From positions 1 to 47,802 of the forward strand of contig CAZILN010000289.1 in NCBI GenBank assembly GCA_964540005.1: DNA of 47,802 nucleotides. Direction: 5' to 3'. The position numbers and the translations under genes are program-made. The stretch comes from an uncultured Bacteroidaceae bacterium (GTDB lineage Bacteria > Bacteroidota > Bacteroidia > Bacteroidales > SM23-62). The notes under the pieces were generated by a model that saw nothing but the letters and a program-made list of their open reading frames with translations, ran no database searches and was not told where the DNA came from. Positions 26,272-36,295 of this stretch are shown one piece after another; positions within the stretch are counted from its first letter, which is position 1, and every line of letters begins with the position of its first letter.

Positions 26272-26961
26272 ATGCAGGAAGAATTATACCTGAAAACAGA
26301 AGGCCTCAGCAAGGTATTCCGGACGGATGAAATTGAAACCACAGCCCTAGACGGGATCAACCTCGGGGTGAAACAGGGCGAGTTCATTGCGATTATGGGT
26401 CCCTCAGGCTGCGGTAAATCCACCCTCCTGAACATACTCGGACTGATCGACCACCCAAGCAATGGCAAGTACTTTTTTGCCGGGGACAATGTGTCCGGAC
26501 TGAAAGAAAAATACAGGGTTGAGAAAAGGAAGGGTAAGATCGGTTTCATTTTCCAGAATTTCAATCTTATAGATGAACTGAATGTCTTTGACAATGTTGA
26601 GATGCCCCTGATCTTCATGAATGTGAATGCCCGGGAACGCCGGGAAAGGGTCAGGGATGTTCTTGACCGTATGAAGATAGGCCACAGGGGCAGGCATTAC
26701 CCGCAGCAGTTATCGGGCGGTCAGCAGCAAAGGGCAGCCATCTGCAGGGCCGTGGTATCACGGCCTGGGTTGATCCTGGCGGATGAACCCACCGGTAACC
26801 TTGATTCCAAAAACGGGACCCAAGTAATGGAATTGCTCACTGAATTGAACCGTGAGGGCACCACAATCCTGATGGTCACCCATTCAGAACGGGATGCATC
26901 CTATGCCCACCGCATCGTTCATCTTTTCGATGGCAGGATTATACCACAAAAAGTATTATAA
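26272..26961 (+). CDS. ABC transporter ATP-binding protein (MacB/LolD type)
   Basis: GPSGCGKST, GFIFQNFNL, LSGGQQQR, ILADEPTGNLD, VTH. Start reassigned to ATG 26272. Confidence 0.95.
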   Translation: MQEELYLKTEGLSKVFRTDEIETTALDGINLGVKQGEFIAIMGPSGCGKSTLLNILGLIDHPSNGKYFFAGDNVSGLKEKYRVEKRKGKIGFIFQNFNLIDELNVFDNVEMPLIFMNVNARERRERVRDVLDRMKIGHRGRHYPQQLSGGQQQRAAICRAVVSRPGLILADEPTGNLDSKNGTQVMELLTELNREGTTILMVTHSERDASYAHRIVHLFDGRIIPQKVL

Positions 26962-27002
26962 AAACATCCGGCAATGGTAATTGCTCATTTAAACAATAAA
27001 TC

Positions 27003-29405
27003 ATGATGCTACGATATTATATGAAATCGGCAATCCAGTCCCTTCGAGCCACACTCCGCTTTACCCTGCTGAATATGATCAGCCTGTCGCTGGGTTTATC
27101 GCTGGTGGTAATGATGGTCATGCTGATTACCTACGAAGTCTCATTTGACAGCTGCCATCACAGGCGGGATGAAATCCTGCAGATTATTGAGCACGATCTG
27201 AAGGCGGACGAATTCACCGCTTCCTGTCCGATTCCCCTCCCCTCCGTCCTCCTGGAAGAATTTCCAGAGGTATCCTATGCCACCGGAATCTGGAAGATGG
27301 TTAATACCGGAATCGTTTTAAAAAGGGAAAACGCGGAATTCACCGGCTTCAGTGGAGCCTCGGTGGATAACGATTTTGTGGAGATCTTCGGATATGAACT
27401 GCTGGCCGGAAGCCTGGACGAGTTTATTTCAGCGCCGGACCGGATTTTCATTTCCCGCAGATGTGCCACTACACTGTTCGGCAAAGAGGATCCCCTCGGG
27501 CAGGTCGTCAGCGTACAGGACCATCCACTTACCATTTCAGGTATATTCGGGGACGTGCCACAGAATTCATCGGTTCAGTTTGATGTCCTGCTGCCGGAAA
27601 AAGCAAGGGCTTTCATTCGGCCGGATTATAAAGAGGCATGGTGGAACGGGGGAATGCAAACCTATGTGGTACTGCATCCGGGAATATCACTTGAGGCATT
27701 TCAAGCCCATTTACAGGAAATACCCGGACGGCACTACCCGGATTTTCTGAAAGGGAGAAGCACATTTACGACCCGGCCCTTCAAAGGTTCCCATTTTGAT
27801 ACCTCGGTCCTTGATTACGACTCCCCTCCGGTCCCATTGTCATACCTGCTGATCCTGGCCAGTATAACATTTGTGACCCTGCTCATAGCCTGTATAAACT
27901 ATATCAACCTGTCCACCGCCCAATCCGCCCGGCGAAACATCGATTCAGGCATCCGGCAGATCCTGGGCTCAACACCCTCCCAGGTCATCCGCCTGCATGT
28001 CTGGATTGCTTATATCGTTGTTACTGGAAGCCTGGCCGTTTCCATTTTGATCTGCCAGCTGGCCCTGCCCCTTATAGAATCACTTACTCAGCGCCCGGTG
28101 GGCATCCAGTTCAAAGACCCTGCCGTATTGTTGATCCTGCTTGGAGTAGTACTGGTTACAGGCTTTATAACGGGCTGCCTGCCCGGACGATCTTTTACCG
28201 GGACCGAACCGGTTCAGCTGATCCAGGCAAAAGGAGTTACAAAGCTCCGGACCGGGTCTTACCGGGATGCCATGGTCATTTTCCAGTTTACCCTGTCCAT
28301 TGCCCTTATTATATTCCAGATGTTCATATTCCGGCAGGTGGCCTACATGATGAATGCCGACCTGGGATTTGACAATGAAAACCTGCTGGCCATTGATGTG
28401 AACGGGATCCCGGACAATAATGATCAGCCTTATTCACAGGTCAGACTATTCAGGGAAAAAGTGGAACCCTATGGGTCCAGGTACGGTTTCAGCAAAGGAT
28501 CATTGACCGAGAATATCCCCGGATATTACTATCAGAACAGCTTCACACTGGAACCTGCAGATGCCCTGATTGACGAATGTCTTGTTATTTCAACAGCGGT
28601 TGACGAAAACTTCCTTGAAGTCTTTGGGCTGCAGATGGCCGAAGGGAGATACTTCTCCCCGGAATATCCAAGCGACCGGACCGCCTTCATCATCAACGAA
28701 ACCGCATACAGAATAATAGGATGGAAGAGTATAGAGGGGAAATTCATGAAATATCATCATGAGGGTCAAGCCTTCCCTGTGGTGGGGGTAATGAAGGATA
28801 TCCATGCTTCCACTCTGAGGGAAGCTGTCAAGCCCATGGTCTACCGGTTTGGAGAACATAATAATTTCCCGGCCTTCCTTACCTTCCGTATTTCACCGGA
28901 CCGGCTCCGGGAAACCATTGATTTCCTGGAAAGCGAATGGCAGGATATGTTCCCTGATATCCCCTTCAGCCACTTCGATGTCAGGGAGAAATATTACGAA
29001 AACTACCGGGAGGAGAAACGTTTTGCAAGGATAATCGGGAGTTTTACTTTCATTGCCATCCTGCTTTCCCTCCTTGGATTATTCGGCCTGGTATCCTTCC
29101 TGGCAGAAAAACGCCGGAAAGAGATCGGAATCCGGAAGGTAAACGGAGCCGGGATCCCCGAGATCCTGTTGATGATGAACCGTAGTTTGCTGAAATGGAT
29201 CGGGATCGCCTTTCTGCTGGCCTGTCCCATTTCCTGGTATGCAGTAAGAGCCTGGCTCCAGGATTTTGCGTTCAGGACAAACATCGGTCCCATGACATTC
29301 CTTGCAGCGGGACTTCTGACCCTGCTTGCTGCTGTAATAACGGTCAGCTGGCAGAGCTGGAGAGCAGCCAGCCGCAATCCTGCAGGATCCCTGAGGTATG
29401 AATAG
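27003..29405 (+). CDS. ABC transporter permease (duplicated MacB_PCD-FtsX)
   Basis: LLIACINYINLSTA, FQFTLSIAL, DLGFDNEN, KRRKEIGIRKVNGA, AASRNPAGSLRYE. Confidence 0.93.
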   Translation: MMLRYYMKSAIQSLRATLRFTLLNMISLSLGLSLVVMMVMLITYEVSFDSCHHRRDEILQIIEHDLKADEFTASCPIPLPSVLLEEFPEVSYATGIWKMVNTGIVLKRENAEFTGFSGASVDNDFVEIFGYELLAGSLDEFISAPDRIFISRRCATTLFGKEDPLGQVVSVQDHPLTISGIFGDVPQNSSVQFDVLLPEKARAFIRPDYKEAWWNGGMQTYVVLHPGISLEAFQAHLQEIPGRHYPDFLKGRSTFTTRPFKGSHFDTSVLDYDSPPVPLSYLLILASITFVTLLIACINYINLSTAQSARRNIDSGIRQILGSTPSQVIRLHVWIAYIVVTGSLAVSILICQLALPLIESLTQRPVGIQFKDPAVLLILLGVVLVTGFITGCLPGRSFTGTEPVQLIQAKGVTKLRTGSYRDAMVIFQFTLSIALIIFQMFIFRQVAYMMNADLGFDNENLLAIDVNGIPDNNDQPYSQVRLFREKVEPYGSRYGFSKGSLTENIPGYYYQNSFTLEPADALIDECLVISTAVDENFLEVFGLQMAEGRYFSPEYPSDRTAFIINETAYRIIGWKSIEGKFMKYHHEGQAFPVVGVMKDIHASTLREAVKPMVYRFGEHNNFPAFLTFRISPDRLRETIDFLESEWQDMFPDIPFSHFDVREKYYENYREEKRFARIIGSFTFIAILLSLLGLFGLVSFLAEKRRKEIGIRKVNGAGIPEILLMMNRSLLKWIGIAFLLACPISWYAVRAWLQDFAFRTNIGPMTFLAAGLLTLLAAVITVSWQSWRAASRNPAGSLRYE

Positions 29406-29543
29406 CTGGTCTTTCGTTATGATTGAAGTAGAATTATGCAATGCTTATATATTATTTGATAAAAAAGTCAAATTCGAAATCTGGTGTAACATGATAACTC
29501 ATAGCTTTTGTCAATTTTCTTTTGTTGTATGATCAGTATGCAG

Positions 29544-29575
29544 TATTTTTGACTTATTAATCCCAATAGTCAAAA
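29544..29575 (+). promoter_or_regulatory. tetR promoter -7 box (TATTTTTG) overlapped by the operator-like palindrome TTTTGACT-N13-AGTCAAAA
   Basis: Perfect 8-bp arms at 29547-29554 and 29568-29575, 5 nt before the TetR ATG. Confidence 0.7.
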
Positions 29576-29580
29576 TTTCT

Positions 29581-30168
29581 ATGCCGGGAATTGATGTCAA
29601 AAAGCAGATCATTGAATCTGCCACAAAATACTTCTCCAGGTACGGTTTTCATAAAACCACGATGGATGAAATCGCTAAAAACATTCATAAAGCAAAAGGT
29701 GTATTATATTACTATTTCAGAAGTAAAGAGGAACTTTTTAACGAGGTCCTGAAACAGGAATTGGGTACACTGAAAGCAGCACTTTTAAAAATTGTGGACA
29801 GCAACAATAATTCCTTAACAATACTTACGGATTATATGCTGACCCGTTTCAGGCTGTTAAACAAGGCCCTTAACTATCATGAAACCCTTAAGGCTGATTT
29901 TTTTGAGAAATATCATTTTGTAAAGGATGTCAGAGATGACTTCGAGGCTTTTGAACACGCCCAGCTTACCCTCATAATCAAAAAAGGGAATGAAGAAGGA
30001 TATCTGAACGTCCGCAATATTGGTCCGACAGTCGATGTTGCTATGATGATCATTACAAGCATAGAAATACCTCTGTTCCTTCAGGATAAGTATAGCGAAT
30101 ACGAGAATACGCTTCATGATCTTATCAATATGATTACCGGCAGTCTAAGCGTACGCAACAAATCATAG
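29581..30168 (+). CDS. TetR/AcrR family transcriptional regulator
   Basis: FSRYGFHKTTMDEIAKNIHKAKGVLYYYFRSKEELF HTH. Confidence 0.95.
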   Translation: MPGIDVKKQIIESATKYFSRYGFHKTTMDEIAKNIHKAKGVLYYYFRSKEELFNEVLKQELGTLKAALLKIVDSNNNSLTILTDYMLTRFRLLNKALNYHETLKADFFEKYHFVKDVRDDFEAFEHAQLTLIIKKGNEEGYLNVRNIGPTVDVAMMIITSIEIPLFLQDKYSEYENTLHDLINMITGSLSVRNKS

Positions 30169-30186
30169 TCGTTTTTTTTTGCATGA

Positions 30187-30256
30187 TTTTGACTGCAAAA
30201 CATAATTGGTCAAATATTATCTTTATATTTGTACTGACTAAAGATTAAATCAGTCT
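30187..30256 (+). promoter_or_regulatory. MMPL operon promoter: -7 box TATATTTG (30224-30231) flanked by two operator-like sites
   Basis: TTTTGACT-N13-GGTCAAAT (30187-30215) and TGACT-N12-AGTCT (30235-30256), resembling the palindrome upstream of tetR. Confidence 0.65.
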
Positions 30257-30268
30257 TTTTTTAATTTC

Positions 30269-32521
30269 ATGGAAAAACTGGCACAGAATATCATCAGGTT
30301 TAAGTGGCTTATCGTTGGCAGTGTTTTAGGACTTACTCTTTTGTTCGGTTATCAGATCAGGAATATCAGGATCAATTCTGACATTCTGAGCACACTGCCG
30401 GATGATGACCCGACAGGGCACCTGTATAAAAGCATCGGCACCCAATTCGGCGGAAACGATATCGGGATGATTGTACTGGAAACGGATGATGTATTTACCA
30501 TTGAGGTACTGGAGCACATACGCCAGATCACAGACAGCCTCAAAATCACCGGCGGCATATCCACAGTCACAAGCCTTACGGATATCATGGATATTAAAAG
30601 CTCGGACTGGGGGATCGAGATCGGAAAGCTGGTGGATTCATGGGATATGCCCGATGAGCCTTCTGAACTGGATAGCCTGAGGAACTATGTGTTTTCCAAA
30701 GAAATGTATACAGGAACCATTGTTTCTGAAGATGGCACAGCAGCAGTCATTCTTTTTACGCTGCTGCCCGGAGTAAACAGGCAGGAGGTTGCAACAAATA
30801 TCAAAACCATCATAGAATCACTGAGTATACCTGAGAAAGTCTATTATGGAGGCTTGCCCTTCATGTTAGATGATATTACTGAATTGCTCGTATCAGATAT
30901 GATCTGGCTCATACCCATCTGTTTTGTAATTATCGCTTTAATCCTGTTACTCAGCTTCAGGTCGCTTCGCGGAATGTTTTTACCCTTACTCACTGCAGGT
31001 ATTACTGTTATCTGGACGCTTGGTATTATGGCTATGGCAGGCATTGAAATCACAATTAACACGAATTTTATGCCGGTCATACTACTTGCTATTGGGAGTG
31101 CATACACCATCCATGTATTAAACAGCATCAACCAGGATACCGGTAAAGACAGGAAACAGGCCATGGTCAAGGCGATGGCCTCGACCATGATTCCTGTATT
31201 CCTGGCCGCATTGACAACGGCCATTGGATTTATTTCCTTTGTTTTTGGAGCATACCTGACCATGATCAAGGAATTCGGCATTTGCAGTGCCATAGGAATC
31301 CTTATTGCATTGCTCCTGTCTTTACTTTTTGTTCCGGCATTAATTTCCGCCTTATCTATATACGGAAAGACGCCGGCTAATGAAAACGCAGACAGTAACA
31401 GGTATTTGACCAGCCATGTTCTTCAGCCCATGGCTAACCTGCTTTTGAAACGCCCCGGAGCTGTGCTGATGGTGTGGGCTGTCATTCTGCTGCTGAGCGC
31501 AGGAGGTATATTTTTTATAAGAACGAGCGTAAATATAACTGAGTATTTTAAGAAAGATAATCCAATCAGGATTGCAGAGGATGTCATGCAAAAGAAGTTC
31601 GGCGGATCATTGCCTGTTTTCGTTGAGTTTGAAGGAGATATGCAGGAACCACAGGTTCTGAAGATGATGATCAGAACGCAGGAATTCATGAGAGAGGACC
31701 CGAATATCACCTCCGCTCAATCGGTGGCCAACCTGGTTGAGCAAATGAATGATGCCATGGGAGAAGGGGAAAAGATACCTGATGAGAAAGCCAAGATTGA
31801 ACAACTATGGTTTCTTCTTGATGGCCAGGATGTGATGCAGCAACTGGTTTCAGATGATCTTGATAAGGGGATCATCCAGTCCAAATTTGCCTCCATTGAG
31901 ACCGAAAGCATAAAAGCCTTCACAGATAAAATGAATCAGTTTATCGATGAAAACCCGGGTGATCTCTATAAAATAAATTTTACAGGCATCCCTCCTCTAT
32001 ATGTTAAACTGAATGACAGCCTGGTTAAAAGCCAGTATAGCAGCCTGATCATAGCCATTTGTATGGTGCTGCTTATTATAGCCCTTATCCTGCGATCCTT
32101 CTTGAAAGGGGTGTACGCAACCATCCCTATTATTGCTACCGTACTGTTGCTGCTCGGCTTTATGGGCGTTACAGGTATTCCCCTGGATATAGCAACTGTA
32201 CTTGTGGGAAGTATTGCCCTGGGTATAGGGATCGATTACTCCATACATGTTATAACCGGGTTTAATACGCATTTGAATCATCATGGGAATGTTGAGCAGG
32301 CTATTGAAGCAACCATCCTGACGAAAGGCAAGGCTGTTATTATCAATGTAGCCTCAGTAGCCGCGGGTTTCCTGGTATTGTATTTTGCACATATAACACC
32401 CATCCGGAATTTTGGTTTGCTGATTGCAATTAGCATGATTGCCTCCGGCCTGGGTGCACTTACACTATTGCCGGTGATTTTAATCCTGGCCAACAGAAAG
32501 CGTGTAATCGATGAAAAGTAA
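30269..32521 (+). CDS. MMPL/RND family inner-membrane transporter
   Basis: Two repeats of TM, periplasmic domain and 5 TM; LLSFRSLRG...P, AIGSAYTIH, GIGIDYSIH, LTLLPVIL. Confidence 0.92.
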   Translation: MEKLAQNIIRFKWLIVGSVLGLTLLFGYQIRNIRINSDILSTLPDDDPTGHLYKSIGTQFGGNDIGMIVLETDDVFTIEVLEHIRQITDSLKITGGISTVTSLTDIMDIKSSDWGIEIGKLVDSWDMPDEPSELDSLRNYVFSKEMYTGTIVSEDGTAAVILFTLLPGVNRQEVATNIKTIIESLSIPEKVYYGGLPFMLDDITELLVSDMIWLIPICFVIIALILLLSFRSLRGMFLPLLTAGITVIWTLGIMAMAGIEITINTNFMPVILLAIGSAYTIHVLNSINQDTGKDRKQAMVKAMASTMIPVFLAALTTAIGFISFVFGAYLTMIKEFGICSAIGILIALLLSLLFVPALISALSIYGKTPANENADSNRYLTSHVLQPMANLLLKRPGAVLMVWAVILLLSAGGIFFIRTSVNITEYFKKDNPIRIAEDVMQKKFGGSLPVFVEFEGDMQEPQVLKMMIRTQEFMREDPNITSAQSVANLVEQMNDAMGEGEKIPDEKAKIEQLWFLLDGQDVMQQLVSDDLDKGIIQSKFASIETESIKAFTDKMNQFIDENPGDLYKINFTGIPPLYVKLNDSLVKSQYSSLIIAICMVLLIIALILRSFLKGVYATIPIIATVLLLLGFMGVTGIPLDIATVLVGSIALGIGIDYSIHVITGFNTHLNHHGNVEQAIEATILTKGKAVIINVASVAAGFLVLYFAHITPIRNFGLLIAISMIASGLGALTLLPVILILANRKRVIDEK

Positions 32522-32546
32522 GCTATAACCATTAAAACATACTGAC

Positions 32547-33281
32547 GTGAAAATTAAAATTTATCCCATTTCCCTGATTATTCTTGTATCTGCAGCCAGT
32601 CTGTTCTGCGCAAATGCACAGGATGCCGGCACCATACTGAAAAATATGGATCATGTATTGTATGCGCCCGAAGACATGACCGGAACGCATACTATCATTT
32701 TAATTGACAAGAATGGAAAGCAGGAAACCCGCGAAGCGAATATCATGCAAAAAGGTACGGATAAACGTATCCTGCGATTTACCTCACCGGCATCGCAGGC
32801 AGGAATAGCTGTTCTGGCATTGCCGGATGATGTCATGTACATGTACCTGCCGGCATTTGGCAAAGAACGCCGCATTGCAGGCAGTGTGAAGAACCAGAAT
32901 TTTGCAGGCACCGATTTTTCATATGATGATATGGAACCAAAACCATTTTCTGACAAATACACACCGAAACTGATCAAAACAGAAGGAGGGGTATTTGTTC
33001 TGGAGCTCATACCCATGGACAGGTCCGATTACTCCAAAATAATTGCACACATCAATGCAGCAAATTATTACCCGGAAGTAATGGAGTACTATGATTTGGG
33101 CAATACAAAGATTAAAGAAGCAAAATACACCTTCAGAAAAGTCGGGAAATATTGGAGCACTGAAGAAATTGAAATGATGAACCTGAAGAAAAACCATAAA
33201 ACGAAAATGCGGATGTCGGATGTAACATACGATACCGGCTTATCTGATGATGAATTTACAGTAAGAAAACTAAAACAATAA
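32547..33281 (+). CDS. LolA-like outer-membrane lipoprotein-sorting family periplasmic protein
   Basis: Signal peptide (ANA/Q); RFTSPA..AGIAVL, YMYLPAFGKERRIA, NFAGTDFSYDD, GLSDDEFTVRKL. GTG start. Confidence 0.88.
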   Translation: MKIKIYPISLIILVSAASLFCANAQDAGTILKNMDHVLYAPEDMTGTHTIILIDKNGKQETREANIMQKGTDKRILRFTSPASQAGIAVLALPDDVMYMYLPAFGKERRIAGSVKNQNFAGTDFSYDDMEPKPFSDKYTPKLIKTEGGVFVLELIPMDRSDYSKIIAHINAANYYPEVMEYYDLGNTKIKEAKYTFRKVGKYWSTEEIEMMNLKKNHKTKMRMSDVTYDTGLSDDEFTVRKLKQ

Positions 33282-33293
33282 TCAGCCCCGGAT

Positions 33294-34661
33294 ATGAAAA
33301 AGATCAAGATATCACTATTGTTGGTTTTAACTCCCCTGGGATATGCATTTGCCCAGGAGAATCCATTACAATTATCAGGGGAGTTGATGACCGATCAGCG
33401 CATCCTGTTTCTGGAAAAAAATCCCTGGGCGTGGAACGAAAATCGTATCACTTTGGACCTGGACAAAACAATGACCGGTAATTCAAAATTCCATAGTGAA
33501 GTCTGGCTTCGAAACATAGGTTTACCCGGTATATCCTCTTCAGGCGATCTTTATAACAAAGGGATCATTGATCCTTATAATCTTGAAATCAGGGAGGCAT
33601 ATGTTCAACTAAACGGGTTTCTCACAAAAAACCTGGATGTTACGATTGGCCGTCAGGGTATTGCCTGGGGAACTGCCGACGTAATCAACCCGACGGACAA
33701 CCTCACTCCCTACGACATGGAAGATATCCTGGATTTTGGCCGTCATCGCGGTTCTGATGCCATCAATATGCAGTATTATTTTACCAGTGATTTTTCCCTG
33801 CAGGCTGTATATATCCCATTTTTTCAACCGGCTAATTTACCTGTGGGTATTTTTGCCGGGTCCTTGAATTCTTCCATGGAAATGCCAGCAGGCATGGTTC
33901 TGGAGGGATATTCTGATACCATAATTATGCCGGAATACAATCTTGGAGAAAGTGGCACAGCCGGATTGAGATTTAAGGGTTTCGTCGGCGGGATTGATTT
34001 TTCATTGAGTTATGTTTATGGCAGGGATGGTTTGCCATACAACACAGGAAATACATTCATTCCGGTAAATGCCCAGGGAGGGATAAATGTAAATGCCCAA
34101 CTATCCTATGAGAGAAACCATATTATTGGTGCGGATCTGGCCACCAGCATTGCAGGGATAGGGTTCTGGGCCGAGGCTGCTGTGTTTATCCCGGGAAATG
34201 ATATCCTTATGTCCAATGATATGTCAGCCATTTTCCCCATGTTACCCGCACCGGTAATAGTAGATTCAGTGATCCTGGAGGCTGAACCCTTTTTAAAATT
34301 TGTAGTGGGGGGTGATTATATGTTTTCAGATGGATCTTATCTTAATCTTCAGTACATACATGGTTTCATTCACGAGAGAGGAAAGGATGCACTGAATGAT
34401 TATTTCTTCCTGAGGTATGACAAAGCTTTCTTCAATGATAAACTTAAAATATCACCCCTGAGCGGAGCGTTTATTATCACCGACTGGAAGGATATCAATG
34501 AGAATTATGCCCTGGCCTATATGCCGCAAATCATCTACCAGGCAACGGTCAATACTGAGATCTCATTTTCCACCGTATTCTTTGATGGCAAAGGCGACAA
34601 CTTATTTGCCAACATGAAGGACTATGATATGTTACTGTTTAAGCTGAAGTATATCTTTTAA
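33294..34661 (+). CDS. Putative outer-membrane beta-barrel protein (DUF1302-like)
   Basis: Signal peptide (AFA/Q); EIREAYV, IGRQGIAWGTAD..NPTD, amphipathic strands and C-terminal LFKLKYIF barrel signal. Confidence 0.75.
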   Translation: MKKIKISLLLVLTPLGYAFAQENPLQLSGELMTDQRILFLEKNPWAWNENRITLDLDKTMTGNSKFHSEVWLRNIGLPGISSSGDLYNKGIIDPYNLEIREAYVQLNGFLTKNLDVTIGRQGIAWGTADVINPTDNLTPYDMEDILDFGRHRGSDAINMQYYFTSDFSLQAVYIPFFQPANLPVGIFAGSLNSSMEMPAGMVLEGYSDTIIMPEYNLGESGTAGLRFKGFVGGIDFSLSYVYGRDGLPYNTGNTFIPVNAQGGINVNAQLSYERNHIIGADLATSIAGIGFWAEAAVFIPGNDILMSNDMSAIFPMLPAPVIVDSVILEAEPFLKFVVGGDYMFSDGSYLNLQYIHGFIHERGKDALNDYFFLRYDKAFFNDKLKISPLSGAFIITDWKDINENYALAYMPQIIYQATVNTEISFSTVFFDGKGDNLFANMKDYDMLLFKLKYIF

Positions 34662-34710
34662 GTAAGGAACTTGACCAGCTTCTCCCTGCCCTTCCCTGTT
34701 AATTACAGCA

Positions 34711-36174
34711 CTATTGAATCTCCCGGTTATTACCGGCTTTACTGATTATCCATAATCCGAGGAATGTAAATATCCCGTTAATGATCAGCAGTTCAAAGCC
34801 GAACTCGTAACCGCCCAGCAGGACGGATGAAAAGCGGCTCAGCAGGAATGACAGAAGGGGTGAGAGTATGCAGATAAGCGGCACCAGGCGGTCCTTAACC
34901 TTCCACCGGGTGAACAAACCGAAACTGTACATCCCCAGCAAAGGCCCGTAGGTATAGCCCGCCGCAGTGAACAGGGCGGCGATCACGCTCTGGTTGTTAA
35001 TGGCTTTGAAGATCAGTATGACCACCAGCAAAATGACCGATATAAGTATATGGACCCGCTTGCGCATGCGCCCCAGTTCATCCTCCCGGAGCTTCAGTCC
35101 GCCCAGGATATCCACCGTAAAGGAGGTGGTCAGCGATGTCAGGGCACTGTCGGCGCTGGAATAAGCCGCTGCTACCAGTCCCACAATAAAGAATACCGTA
35201 ACCACCGGAGCAAGGTACCCTCCCGTACTTATTAAAGGGAACAGGTCATCGGTCATTTCAGGGACGGCAATACCTGTGCGCCCGGCAAACACAAACAGCA
35301 GAACGCCCAGGGAGAGGAAAATGAGGTTTACCGGGACCAGCGCAATGCTCAGCCAGTAGACGTTCTTTTTTGCTTCTTTCAGGTTCCGGCATGAGAGGTT
35401 CTTCTGCATCATGTCCTGGTCAAGCCCGGTCATAACAATAGCAATAAAAGCACCGCTCAGGAACTGTTTGACAAAGAAATTCTTGTCTGTCCAGTCATCA
35501 AAGAAAAACATTCTTGAGTAGGAGCTCTCTTTTACAGTACTTATAATCCCCCTGAAATCCAGGTCCAGGGACCTGCTTATCAGGACAATAGTAAGGACAA
35601 CGGCCGTGATCATGAAGACGGTCTGCAGGGTATCCGTCCATATAATGGTCTTGATCCCGCCCCTGTTGGTATACAGCCAGATCAGCAGTATGGTGATCAC
35701 CACGGTTATGATAAAGGGCACTCCCATGGCCTCAAATACAGTGATCTGCAAGACATTGGCTATCAGGAAAAGCCTGAAAGAGGCCCCTATTATTCTTGAC
35801 AGCAGGAAAAAGGAAGCCCCCGTTTTGTACGACCGGAAACCCAGGCGCTGTTCCAGGTAAGTATAAATGGATGTCAGGTTCAGCCGGTAATAGATGGGCA
35901 GTAATACATTGGCTATAACAAAATATCCCGCCAGGTACCCCAGGACCATCTGCATATAGGAAAACTGGCTGTCCAGGACCCATCCCGGTACCGATATAAA
36001 GGTCACACCCGAGAGGGAGGCGCCTATCATCCCGAAAGAAACTACGTACCAGGGCGACTTGCGGTTACCTATAAAAAAACCCGCATTGTCAGCAGATCTT
36101 CCTGTATAATAAGATATTACAAGGATCACAGCAAAATAGCAGGCAATTATAAGCAATACTCCCAGGGGTGGCAT
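34711..36174 (-). CDS. Sodium:solute symporter family protein
   Basis: FGMIGASLSGVTFISVPG, GGIKTIIWTDTLQT, TGLDQDMMQKNLSC, AAAYSSADSALTSL. Confidence 0.93.
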   Translation of the reverse strand: MPPLGVLLIIACYFAVILVISYYTGRSADNAGFFIGNRKSPWYVVSFGMIGASLSGVTFISVPGWVLDSQFSYMQMVLGYLAGYFVIANVLLPIYYRLNLTSIYTYLEQRLGFRSYKTGASFFLLSRIIGASFRLFLIANVLQITVFEAMGVPFIITVVITILLIWLYTNRGGIKTIIWTDTLQTVFMITAVVLTIVLISRSLDLDFRGIISTVKESSYSRMFFFDDWTDKNFFVKQFLSGAFIAIVMTGLDQDMMQKNLSCRNLKEAKKNVYWLSIALVPVNLIFLSLGVLLFVFAGRTGIAVPEMTDDLFPLISTGGYLAPVVTVFFIVGLVAAAYSSADSALTSLTTSFTVDILGGLKLREDELGRMRKRVHILISVILLVVILIFKAINNQSVIAALFTAAGYTYGPLLGMYSFGLFTRWKVKDRLVPLICILSPLLSFLLSRFSSVLLGGYEFGFELLIINGIFTFLGLWIISKAGNNREIQ

Positions 36175-36254
36175 ACAGGCAGCATTTGGTATTGGCTCTG
36201 CAAGCTTACTAAAAACAATTCAATAAAAAAATTGCTAATCGCTTGAATAGATAT

Positions 36255-36262
36255 TATTTTTG
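36255..36262 (+). promoter_or_regulatory. Candidate -7 box (TATTTTTG) for recR
   Basis: TAnnTTTG match 33 nt upstream of ATG 36296. Confidence 0.5.
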
Positions 36263-36295
36263 ATGGCCTTACACAATTATAAATCAAGTGATTCC

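Noticed and set aside
36187-36202. TGGTATTGGCTCTGCA as a sigma54 promoter for recR (GG-N10-GC)
   Set aside because: Weak match at the -12 element. A standard -7 box lies closer to recR and no activator sites are evident, so it is plausibly chance.
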